Source of the DNA: Vicinamibacterales bacterium
GTDB taxonomy: Bacteria > Acidobacteriota > Vicinamibacteria > Vicinamibacterales > CAVVIG01
NCBI GenBank assembly: GCA_036269295.1
Contig: DATASG010000228.1
Location: forward strand, 1 to 48,644
Direction of reading: 5' to 3'
Length of the DNA: 48,644 nt
Shown: piece after piece, positions 9,611 through 17,999 of the stretch
How the letters are laid out: each line of letters begins with the position of its first letter
Numbering within the stretch: position 1 is the first letter of the stretch
The notes under the pieces: model-generated
The model's database searches: none
What the model saw: only the letters and a program-made list of their open reading frames with translations
Told to the model about the DNA's origin: nothing
Translations under genes and position numbers: made by a program

Positions 9611-11066
9611 TCAGTCACAGCGTGCCCACCTTCGCGCCATCGCGTTCCAGGCCATGCGGGAGCGCGGCCTCGATCCCGAGATTCCAACGGACGCGATCGC
9701 GCAGGCTGCGGCGCTCAAGGGCGCCCCGACCAGCACCGAAGAGCCGACGCGCGACCTTCGCACGCTGTTGTGGTGCTCGATCGACAACGACGACTCACGC
9801 GATCTCGATCAGTTGTCGGTCGCGGCCGAGCTGCCGGCCGGCGAGGTCAAGGTGATGGTCGCAATTGCCGACGTCGACGCCGCGGTCGGCAAAGGATCGC
9901 CGGTCGATCGGCACGCCGCCCTGAACACCACGTCGGTCTATACGCCCGGCGTGATCTTTCCGATGCTGCCCGAGCGGCTGTCGACCGATCTCACATCGCT
10001 GAACGATCACCAGGATCGCCTCGCGATCGTGATCGAGTTCGTGGTCTCGCCGGACGGGCAGGTCCAAGCGTCGGACGTCTACGGCGCGACGGTGAACAAC
10101 AAAGCCAAGCTCGCCTACAACGCCGTTGGCGCCTGGCTGGCCGGCGACGGTGCGCTGCCGCCGGCCGCGGCCGCCGTGCCCGGCATGGACGAACAGCTCC
10201 GGATGCAGGATCGGACGGCGCAGGCGCTCGACGGGCTGCGGGTGGAGCACGGCGCGCTCGGCTTCGAGACCATCGAGGTCGAGAACGTGTTCGACGGCGA
10301 CACCTTGCACGAGGTGCGGACGCAGAAGCCGAACCGTGCCAAGTCGTTGATCGCGAACCTGATGATCGCGGCCAACGGCGTCACCGCGCGGTTTCTGGAC
10401 CGGAAAGGGCTTCCGTCGCTGCGCCGGGTGGTGAAGTCGCCCGAGCGATGGGATCGCATCCGCGTGCTGGCCGAGAGCCTTGGTGACACGCTGCCGGCCG
10501 CCGCCGACTCGATTGCGCTCGCGGCGTTTCTCGACCGCCGCAAGAAGGCGGACCCGGAAACCTTTCCGGATCTTTCGACCAGCATCATCCGCCTGCTCGG
10601 TCGCGGCGAATACATCGTCGATCGACCCGGGGCCGATCCGCCGGGGCATTTCGGCCTGGCGGTGCGCGATTACTCGCACTCGACGGCGCCGAACCGGCGC
10701 TTCCCGGATCTCGTCGGCCAGCGCCTCGTCAAGGCGGCACTGTCGGGCCATCCGGCGCCGTACAGTCTCGGCGAGCTCGACCAGGTCGCGACGCAGTGTA
10801 CCAAGCAGGAGGACGCGGCGAACAAAGTCGAGCGGCAGGTGCGGAAATCGGCGGCCGCGATGGTCGTCCAGTCGCGTGTCGGCGAGACCTTCGACTCGAT
10901 TGTCACCGGCGCCTCGAACAAGGGCACCTTCGTTCGCGTGATGAGCCCGCCGATTGAGGGCAAGCTGATGGGATCGCATCCCGGACTCGACGTCGGCGAC
11001 CGCTTGCGCGTCCGCCTCTCCGGCGTCAACATCGATCGCGGCTTCATCGATTTCCAGCAGGCGTAG
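9603..11066 (+). CDS. RNB-domain exoribonuclease (short RNase II/R family) with C-terminal S1-like domain
   Basis: Motifs DNDDSRDLDQ, HFGLAVRDYSHSTAPNRRFPDL and an S1-like ETFDSIVTGASNKGTFVRV. ATG 9603 overlaps the upstream stop (ATGGCTGA). Confidence 0.8.
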   Translation: MADQSQRAHLRAIAFQAMRERGLDPEIPTDAIAQAAALKGAPTSTEEPTRDLRTLLWCSIDNDDSRDLDQLSVAAELPAGEVKVMVAIADVDAAVGKGSPVDRHAALNTTSVYTPGVIFPMLPERLSTDLTSLNDHQDRLAIVIEFVVSPDGQVQASDVYGATVNNKAKLAYNAVGAWLAGDGALPPAAAAVPGMDEQLRMQDRTAQALDGLRVEHGALGFETIEVENVFDGDTLHEVRTQKPNRAKSLIANLMIAANGVTARFLDRKGLPSLRRVVKSPERWDRIRVLAESLGDTLPAAADSIALAAFLDRRKKADPETFPDLSTSIIRLLGRGEYIVDRPGADPPGHFGLAVRDYSHSTAPNRRFPDLVGQRLVKAALSGHPAPYSLGELDQVATQCTKQEDAANKVERQVRKSAAAMVVQSRVGETFDSIVTGASNKGTFVRVMSPPIEGKLMGSHPGLDVGDRLRVRLSGVNIDRGFIDFQQA

Positions 11067-11355
11067 GCAATGGAGCCGCCCCCTCGGTTACGGGGGAGAT
11101 CCGATCCGATGTGTTGCGAGTGCTCTGTGCAACGGCGCGCAGTCCTGTTCAGGCCTCGGTTAGGCGTTACATCCGTCCGATACTCGGATATGGTCCATGG
11201 CGGCCGGCGTTTGTACGTCCGGGTCCGCTGACAATATTGACGGTGGGATTTCAAAAGTGTCGATGAATCCGGCTTCGTTGCCGCGATTGGCAAAAACTCG
11301 GCGCCCGCTCGTCGCGTCACTGCGGCACAGCTATTGCCCCTGACGGCACAGGATC

Positions 11356-12048
11356 ATGGGAACTCCTTACAAGATTCTGATCGTCGAGGACAATGAGGCG
11401 ACGCGGATGGGCCTCCGAACCCTCCTGATAAGGGCGGGCTATGAGGTCGCGTCGGCCAGCAGCTTCGTCAAAGGCCGCCGAGCGATCGTCGAGCAGGCTC
11501 CCGACCTGTTGATTGCGGACTTGCGCCTCGGCGAATACAACGGTCTCCAGCTGGTGGCGGCCGTCCCGCTGGGAGTTCCGAGCATCGTCATCACCGGCCA
11601 TCCCGATGCCGTCCTCGCCGCAGAGGCGCAGAAGCTCGGCGCCCACTACATCACCAAGCCGGTCGTGCCCGAGGCGTTGCTCAAGTTGATCGAAGAGACG
11701 CTGGTCAGCGCCGCGCAGCGCCAGTCGCGCGGCTCCACGCGGCGGTGGGATCGAAAGGCCGTCGGCGGGAAGGTGTCTGCGCGCGTCGAGAACGCCCAGG
11801 CGCGGATCGTCGACATCAGCTACGGCGGGGTCAGGTTCGAGATCGAGCGCGATCAGGCGCTGCCTTCGTCTTTCAACCTCACCGTGGCGAACCCGGCCTT
11901 GTCGGTCGATGTGAATCTCGTGTGGGAAACCCGACGCGGCGAGCGGCACTGGAGCTGCGGCGCCGCGATTTCCGGCAACGCCGAGGCGGTCCATGGCTGG
12001 GCCACGCTCGTGGACGGCTTCTCGGGCAGCGCCGAAGCCTCGTCCTGA
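11356..12048 (+). CDS. response regulator, receiver domain fused to PilZ domain
   Basis: Receiver motifs ILIVEDN, LLIADLRL (acceptor Asp) and ITKP. The C-terminal half carries RRWDR (RxxxR) and DISYGG (DxSxxG) c-di-GMP-binding motifs. Confidence 0.8.
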   Translation: MGTPYKILIVEDNEATRMGLRTLLIRAGYEVASASSFVKGRRAIVEQAPDLLIADLRLGEYNGLQLVAAVPLGVPSIVITGHPDAVLAAEAQKLGAHYITKPVVPEALLKLIEETLVSAAQRQSRGSTRRWDRKAVGGKVSARVENAQARIVDISYGGVRFEIERDQALPSSFNLTVANPALSVDVNLVWETRRGERHWSCGAAISGNAEAVHGWATLVDGFSGSAEASS

Positions 12049-12073
12049 GCGACTCGACTGAGTGGGTCAAGAC

Positions 12074-12091
12074 TAATCCGTGTAATCCGTT
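12074..12091. repeat. tandem 9-mer x2 (TAATCCGTG TAATCCGTT) in a convergent spacer
   Basis: Read directly from the sequence. The last base is the first base of the S9 stop codon complement. Confidence 0.85.
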
Positions 12092-14175
12092 CACTGCCGC
12101 TCTTGTGAGCTGGTCACGCTCGCGCGCGCCGGCGCGTCTGGCGGCGCGGCGTTGGCGTTGCCGTTGATGTAGCGCTCGAACCAGTAGACCTGCCAGTTGA
12201 TGCTCTCGACCAGGTGCTTCGGTTCCCCTGTGCGCGTCAAGTTGTGGTTCTCGCGCGGGAAGAAGACGATCTCGCTCGGCACCCCGAAGTGCTGCAGCGC
12301 CCGGAACCACTGCTCACCCTGCTCGATCGGAACCCGGAAGTCGTTGTCGGAGTGCAGCACCAGCGTTGGCGTTTTCACGTTCTGCACGTACTTCAGCGGC
12401 GACGCGTTCCAGTAGAGATCGTGTTTCTCGAAAATGTCACCGGTGAAATCGTCCGCGTGCCCGTAGGCCCCGTCTCTGGTGCCATCATCGCTCACGAAGT
12501 TCGAGATGCTGCGCAGGGTCACCGCGGCCTTGAAGCGATTGGTGTGACTCACGATCCAGTTGGTCAGATAGCCGCCGTAGCTGCCGCCGGTGACGCCGAG
12601 GCGATCCTTGTCGATCCATGGATACTTCGCGAGTGCGGCGTCGACGCCGTTCATCACGTCGACGTAGTCCTTGCCGCCCCAATTCAGCTCGATGCCGCGC
12701 TCGAACTTCTCGCCATAGCCGGTCGAGCCTCGCGGGTTGGTGAAGAAGACCGCCCAGCCATGGGCGGCGTACACCTGGAACTCGTGGTACCAGTCGAAGC
12801 CGAACTGCCCGGCCGGCCCACCGTGGATCGTCAGGATCATCGGATACGTTTTCCCCGCCTGCCAGCCAATCGGCCTCATGAAGAAGCCGTCGACGTCCCA
12901 ACCGTCGGCGCCTTTGAACGCGACCCGTTCGACCGGCGCCAGCTGCAGCTGCTTCCAGAGCGCGGCGTTCAGGTGCGTGAGCTGCCGTTCGCCGGCGCCG
13001 TGGATGTCGGCGACATAGAGATCGTCGAGATGCGTCGGGTCGTTGACGGCGTAGGTCAGCCGATTGGTCTGCTCGTTGATGTCGACCAGGTGAACCGTGC
13101 GATCGCCGGCGGTGACCTCCGCCGCTCTGCGGGCGGCGAGATCGACGCGAAACAGCTGGCTCGTGCCCTTGAAACCGGTCTCGAAATACAGCGCCTTGCC
13201 GCTTTCGGCCCAGCGCAACCCGCCAGGAATCAGATCGACGCCGTCGGCCGCCAGGCGCGACGCGCTCCCGCCACTGCTCGGTGCCAGCCAGATCTTGGGA
13301 TGCGACTTCTCCGGGACCGAGCTCAGGAACGCGATGGTCTGGCCGTCGGGTGACCAGCGCGGCGAGGTGTCGCCGCTGGTGTGATCCGAGACTTTCGTCA
13401 GCGTGCCGCCGTTCGCGTCGATCACCCAGACATCGGTGTTGTGCCCCATGTCGAACGCCTTGCCGGTGCGATCGGAGACGAAGGCGATCTTCCGGCTGTC
13501 GGGAGACCATTGCGGATCCGAGTCGTTCCAATCGTCGCCGGACGTCAGCTGGGTGGCGCGCCCCGACGCGGCGTCGACCGTCCAGAGGTGCGTCCGCTTG
13601 TCGTCGAACCACCCGCTGTCGTTGAACTTGTAGTTGGCGTGCGCGTAGTGCCGGACGTCGCTCGGCGATTTCGCCGTGTCGCTCGGCCCGCTGCGCCCGA
13701 CGACCACCAGCCTGGCGCCGTCGGGGGACCATTGAAAGCCGGAAACGCCGTTCAGCAGGTTCGTCAGCCGCCGCGGCTCGCCGCCGCCGAGCGACAGCAG
13801 CCACACCTGGGTCCGCGGCGCCTCGGTCGCGGCATCGCCTGGCATCGGCCGCGCGGACAGGAACGCGATCGCTTTGCCGTCCGGGCTCCATCTCGGCATG
13901 TTCGACGACTGCGGCGCGGTCGTCAGCGCCGCCGCCTCGCGCGAGCCGTCGGCAGGCACCGACCAGATCGCGCTGCGGCGGCGATTCTGCTTCTGATCCA
14001 CGGTCGTGACCACGAACGCGATCGTCGAGCCGTCGGGAGAGAAGTGCGGATCGCTCAGCGTCTCGAAGGCGAAATAGTCCTCGGCGGTGGCCCCGCGCGT
14101 CTGGGCCGAGAGCGGGATCGCGAGCACGAACGTCAGCAACGCAGCCGGCAGCGCGACGAGCACGTCTCTTCTCAT
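12091..14175 (-). CDS. S9 family serine peptidase (acylaminoacyl / prolyl oligopeptidase-like) with N-terminal beta-propeller
   Basis: Signal peptide and repeated SPDG..IAF propeller blades. Motifs GGSYGG (nucleophile elbow), DNDFRVP and ENHNL. ATG at 14175; the track's start at 14181 is a TTG. Confidence 0.85.
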   Translation of the reverse strand: MRRDVLVALPAALLTFVLAIPLSAQTRGATAEDYFAFETLSDPHFSPDGSTIAFVVTTVDQKQNRRRSAIWSVPADGSREAAALTTAPQSSNMPRWSPDGKAIAFLSARPMPGDAATEAPRTQVWLLSLGGGEPRRLTNLLNGVSGFQWSPDGARLVVVGRSGPSDTAKSPSDVRHYAHANYKFNDSGWFDDKRTHLWTVDAASGRATQLTSGDDWNDSDPQWSPDSRKIAFVSDRTGKAFDMGHNTDVWVIDANGGTLTKVSDHTSGDTSPRWSPDGQTIAFLSSVPEKSHPKIWLAPSSGGSASRLAADGVDLIPGGLRWAESGKALYFETGFKGTSQLFRVDLAARRAAEVTAGDRTVHLVDINEQTNRLTYAVNDPTHLDDLYVADIHGAGERQLTHLNAALWKQLQLAPVERVAFKGADGWDVDGFFMRPIGWQAGKTYPMILTIHGGPAGQFGFDWYHEFQVYAAHGWAVFFTNPRGSTGYGEKFERGIELNWGGKDYVDVMNGVDAALAKYPWIDKDRLGVTGGSYGGYLTNWIVSHTNRFKAAVTLRSISNFVSDDGTRDGAYGHADDFTGDIFEKHDLYWNASPLKYVQNVKTPTLVLHSDNDFRVPIEQGEQWFRALQHFGVPSEIVFFPRENHNLTRTGEPKHLVESINWQVYWFERYINGNANAAPPDAPARASVTSSQERQ

Positions 14176-14177
14176 AG

Positions 14178-15014
14178 TCAAGCCCTTTTCCGCTTCTTGT
14201 CTTCTCCTGCGTGCGGCACCGCCGCCGGCTTCTTCTTCGCCCCGATGCTGTCCAGGCTCTTGCGCAGCGCCTCCATCAGGTTGACGACTTTCGGCGGCGC
14301 TTCTACTTCCGGCGCCACCACCTCGCGCCCCTCGATCTTGGCGTCGATGATCTCGCGCAGGCCGACCTGGTAGTCGTCGCGATACTCCTGCAGGTCGACG
14401 TCGCCGGCGAAGGTGCCCATCACCTGCTTGGCGAGCTTCACTTCTTCCGGCTTCACCGTGCCCGGCATCTCGGCGAGCTCCTCGATCGCCTCCATGCTGC
14501 GGATCTCGTTGGCGTGGCGCAGCGTGTACATCACCAGCCCCTGCTCTCGTGGCTGGACCTTCACCAGGTATTCACGCCCGTAGAGCGCGACCTTGCCGAT
14601 GCCGGCCTTGCCCGCCATTCCTTCGCGGATGACGGCGAACGCCTCCCGCGCCACCGGACCGTCCGGCGCCAGGTAGTACGGCCGCTCGAGATAGATCGGG
14701 TCGATCGCGGTGTCGTCGGTGAATTTTTCGAGGTTGATGACCCGCGTCGAGTCGACGCGCACTTTCTCGATGTCCTCCTCGTCGACGATGACGTAGCGTC
14801 CCTTCTCGAACTCGAAGCCCTTGACGATGTCGGTGTTCGGCACCTCGCGCTCGCACTTGGGGCACCAGCGCTTCTGCTGGATGCGGGTCTGACATTCGCC
14901 GTGCAGCTGGTTGAAGCTCAGCGTCGCCCCGGCGTCGGTCGCCGGAAACACCTTGATCGGGATGTTGACCAGGCTGATCTTGAGATAGCCCTTCCATGTC
15001 GGTCGCGCGGCCAT
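14178..15014 (-). CDS. ku: Ku protein (bacterial NHEJ DNA-end-binding protein)
   Basis: N-terminus MAARPTWKGYLKISLVNIPIKVFPAT, then HGECQTRIQQKRWCPKCEREV, and a Lys-rich tail KKKP..DKKRKRA. The upstream stop overlaps its SD (TAGGAGcctATG). Confidence 0.9.
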   Translation of the reverse strand: MAARPTWKGYLKISLVNIPIKVFPATDAGATLSFNQLHGECQTRIQQKRWCPKCEREVPNTDIVKGFEFEKGRYVIVDEEDIEKVRVDSTRVINLEKFTDDTAIDPIYLERPYYLAPDGPVAREAFAVIREGMAGKAGIGKVALYGREYLVKVQPREQGLVMYTLRHANEIRSMEAIEELAEMPGTVKPEEVKLAKQVMGTFAGDVDLQEYRDDYQVGLREIIDAKIEGREVVAPEVEAPPKVVNLMEALRKSLDSIGAKKKPAAVPHAGEDKKRKRA

Positions 15015-15020
15015 AGGCTC

Positions 15021-15914
15021 CTACTTCTTGATGAAAAATGTCTCGTCCACATTGACCTGAAACTGCCGGAACCGCCCGTATTCGGCGATGCCTTCGACGC
15101 GGGCGCCGTGCCGGTCTTGGTAATTCTCCCGCATCTCGACCGGCACTAGGAAGCCGACCAGCGGCTCCGACTGATAGCTGACATCGACGGTCGCGGTCAC
15201 GTCACGGTTCTTCGCCACCAGCTCGCTCATCAGCACCCGCCCGGTGTCCGGGTCGATCCAGAAACGGCCGCTCGACGGCAGGTCCTTCATCTTGTCGGTC
15301 CTGATGAGCGTGCCTGGCTGCCTCTCCCGGAACTCGACCGTCCAGACCTCGGTTCCGGTCCGAAACGCACCCGGCACCGACGATTCCCGAGTCAGCGTCG
15401 CCGGCACGCGATCGCTCGTCCGCTTGAAGTGGAAACGCCCCTGGTTCGCGCTCTCGAGAATCTGCAGCGCGAACACCGGCGTGTTGATGTTGCGGGCGAT
15501 CTCGCCGATGTTGAAGCGCGAGCTTTCCTCCAGGATCCGGCCGATCTGGGCCCGCGCCGACGACGATCCGTCGAGGAACAGGCGGGTCAGCCGATCGCGG
15601 CGATCGCGGACGGCGACGCCGTTGACCTCGAAGACGTCGCGGAACTCGGTCCACTCGCCGCCGCCGACGGGCTTCACGAGCAGCAGGTCGGAGTGCAGCT
15701 CGCTCCGCATCGGGCTCGCCAGGCGTCGCGGGCGCTGTGCGAACGCCTTCACCTCCTGCACGTAGCGCTCCTCGGCGACGACGCCGGACAGCTGGCGGTG
15801 AAAGTCGGTCACGTAGGCCGCGGCCCGGTCCAGCACCGTCGCCAGCGCCGGCTCCCGCGCCGGCAACGACCAACCCGTCAGCGCGACACCGATCGCGGCG
15901 GCCGCCAGCCTCAC
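15021..15914 (-). CDS. hypothetical exported protein, paralog B of a tandem pair
   Basis: 297-aa ORF with a GTG start overlapping the upstream TGA (GTGA). Shares motif blocks with 15911..16825 (VVAEE.Y, SDLLLV, EFRDVFEV.G..VRDR, GTLIRT, GRVL.SEL, EMRE.Y, RFR.FQV.VDE). Confidence 0.65.
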   Translation of the reverse strand: MRLAAAAIGVALTGWSLPAREPALATVLDRAAAYVTDFHRQLSGVVAEERYVQEVKAFAQRPRRLASPMRSELHSDLLLVKPVGGGEWTEFRDVFEVNGVAVRDRRDRLTRLFLDGSSSARAQIGRILEESSRFNIGEIARNINTPVFALQILESANQGRFHFKRTSDRVPATLTRESSVPGAFRTGTEVWTVEFRERQPGTLIRTDKMKDLPSSGRFWIDPDTGRVLMSELVAKNRDVTATVDVSYQSEPLVGFLVPVEMRENYQDRHGARVEGIAEYGRFRQFQVNVDETFFIKK

Positions 15915-16825
15915 TTCACCTTCTCGTCGACGACGACCTGATAGCGGCGAAACCGCGCGTAGGTCGCCTTGCCGTCGATGGTCGAGCCGTCCGTGAGCGT
16001 GTACTTCTCGCGCATCTCCCGCGGCACCGAGACACCGATCGCCGGTTCCATCCCGTAGACGACATCGATTTGTGCCCGCAGCGATCGGTCCTCGACGATC
16101 AGTTCGCTGGTGAGCACCCGTCCACTTGCGATTTCGATCAGGAACCGCCCGCGCGAGGGCATCGCCCGATCGCCGGTGGTGCGAATGAGCGTGCCGCTCC
16201 GCTCTTCCTGATACTCCAGCTCGAACTGTCCGGCCGATTTGTTGCGGCCTTTGAACGAGAACCAGGCGCGGTTCTGTGGCTCGAGGACGGTCAACGCCAG
16301 CACCGGGAGGTTGACGTTGCGGTTGACGCCGCCGATGTTGTAGCGCGCGCTCGCGGCGGCGATGTCATCCACCTGCTGCTGCGTGGACGCCGAGGGCTGG
16401 AGGAACAGTTTGGCCAGCCGCTCCGCGCGATCGCGTACCGGTTGGCCGTCGACCTCGAACACGTCTCGAAACTCCATCCATCGGTCGCCTGCCGGCGCCC
16501 GAACCAGGAGCAGATCGGACCTCAGGTCCCGTCGCTGGCCCGCCGCTTCGACCGGGAAACCGCGTGCGTCAGTGCGCGCTCGGCCGCCGCGGACCTGCTG
16601 GCGATAGGTCTCTTCCGCGACCACGCCCACGAATGTGCGTTCGTAGGCGCTGACGTAGTCGCCGGCCTTGTCGAGCACGGCGTCGAGCTGATCGGAAGCC
16701 AGGGCGGCCAACGGCAGGGCAGGAGGGCAGAACGGCAGCAAGGCAGAAAGGGCCAAAGGCAGCCAGGCCGACAGCGCTTGGCGAGCCGTCCCGCCCTTCG
16801 GCTTGTCTACGCTTCTGCGGTTCAT
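15911..16825 (-). CDS. hypothetical exported protein, paralog A of a tandem pair
   Basis: 304-aa ORF with a hydrophobic N-terminus LSAWLPLALSALLPF. Colinear motif blocks with 15021..15914. No family recognised. Confidence 0.65.
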   Translation of the reverse strand: MNRRSVDKPKGGTARQALSAWLPLALSALLPFCPPALPLAALASDQLDAVLDKAGDYVSAYERTFVGVVAEETYRQQVRGGRARTDARGFPVEAAGQRRDLRSDLLLVRAPAGDRWMEFRDVFEVDGQPVRDRAERLAKLFLQPSASTQQQVDDIAAASARYNIGGVNRNVNLPVLALTVLEPQNRAWFSFKGRNKSAGQFELEYQEERSGTLIRTTGDRAMPSRGRFLIEIASGRVLTSELIVEDRSLRAQIDVVYGMEPAIGVSVPREMREKYTLTDGSTIDGKATYARFRRYQVVVDEKVK

Positions 16826-16862
16826 AAGCGGCCATCATTCTCCCGCGCCAGGCGTCGGTCAA

Positions 16863-16870
16863 GCTAGAAT
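16863..16870 (+). promoter_or_regulatory. -10-like box GCTAGAAT, 7 nt upstream of ATG 16878
   Basis: Sequence gctagaat ccggcgc ATG, with no SD. Confidence 0.4.
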
Positions 16871-16877
16871 CCGGCGC

Positions 16878-17954
16878 ATGGCCAAGTCACTCTCGCCCCG
16901 CCTCTGCCTCGCCGCCGCCCTCCTGTGTGCGGCAGTCGTCGGCCCGATCGTCGCCGCCGAGCCCTCGTCGACGACGATGAGAAACGCGGAGCTGAGGCTG
17001 CTGAAGAGCCTCAATCCCGAGCAGCTGCAGCAGGCGAGGTTTTCGTTCGATGCCGACGAGCGCCTGCACTGGCACTTCATCCCGACCGAAACCTTTCCCC
17101 GCCAGGGACTGCTGCTTCGCGACATGACCACGGCGCAGCGTCAGCTCGCACACGATTTGATGAAGGCCGGCCTCAGCCAGCGCGGCTATTTGACCGCCTC
17201 GTCGATCATGGATCTCGAGACGGTGCTGAAAGGGATCGAGGCCGCCCAGCGCGCGGCCGGACCGCAGCCGCCGCGCGGGACGCCGCTCGAGCGCGATCCC
17301 GAAAAGTACTTCTTTTCGTTCTTTGGCGCCCCGTCCGATAAGGACGCGTGGGGATGGCGCGTCGAAGGGCATCATGTCTCGCTGCACTTCACCGTCGTCA
17401 ACGGCAGGCTGGTCGCCTCGTCGCCGTCGTTCTTCGGCAGCAATCCGGCGGAGGTGCGCGAAGGCCCGAAGAAGGGTCTGCGGATCCTCGGCGCCGAGGA
17501 GGATGCGGCACGGGCGCTGCTGCAGTCGCTCGACCGAGCGCAGCGCGCCAGGGCGATCATCGACGCCACCGCTCCCGGCGACATGGTGACCATGGCGAAC
17601 GTGAACATCAACCCGCTGTCGCCGTCAGGGCTCGAGGCGGCGGCCATGAACACGACCCAGCGCGATCTGTTGATGAAACTGCTGGACGTCTATGCCGGCC
17701 AGATGGCGGCCGACCTCGCCGAGGATCGCCTGGCGCGCGTGCGCAAGGCCGGCGTCGAGAAGATCGGGTTTGCGTGGGCCGGCGAGACCGAGCGCGGCAA
17801 GAAGCACTACTACCGCATCCAGGGACCAACCTTCCTGGTCGAGTACGACAACACCCAGAACGACGGCAACCACATTCACTCGGTGTGGCGCGATTTCAAC
17901 GGCGACTTCGGGCGGGATTTGCTGCGCGAGCATCTTCGCTCGGTCGCGCACTGA
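16878..17954 (+). CDS. DUF3500 family exported protein
   Basis: ATG at 16878 followed by a signal peptide. Motifs LHWHFIP, VEGHHVSLHF and LVEYDNTQNDGNHIHSVWRD are typical of DUF3500. Confidence 0.75.
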   Translation: MAKSLSPRLCLAAALLCAAVVGPIVAAEPSSTTMRNAELRLLKSLNPEQLQQARFSFDADERLHWHFIPTETFPRQGLLLRDMTTAQRQLAHDLMKAGLSQRGYLTASSIMDLETVLKGIEAAQRAAGPQPPRGTPLERDPEKYFFSFFGAPSDKDAWGWRVEGHHVSLHFTVVNGRLVASSPSFFGSNPAEVREGPKKGLRILGAEEDAARALLQSLDRAQRARAIIDATAPGDMVTMANVNINPLSPSGLEAAAMNTTQRDLLMKLLDVYAGQMAADLAEDRLARVRKAGVEKIGFAWAGETERGKKHYYRIQGPTFLVEYDNTQNDGNHIHSVWRDFNGDFGRDLLREHLRSVAH

Positions 17955-17999
17955 TCAAGGTTTTTCAAGAGTTGCGACCTTTGCTGGCTCTTCTTCGCG

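Noticed and set aside
11079-11096. Hairpin CCCCC-tcggttac-GGGGG after the RNB gene, considered as an intrinsic terminator.
   Set aside because: It has only a 5-bp stem, an 8-nt loop and no downstream T-tract, so it is too weak to call.
11067-11355. A tRNA, small RNA or riboswitch in the two longest spacers (11067..11355 and 44170..44407).
   Set aside because: I could not recognise a cloverleaf or any known riboswitch consensus by eye, and only small generic hairpins are present. A covariance-model scan is needed, so I make no RNA gene call.
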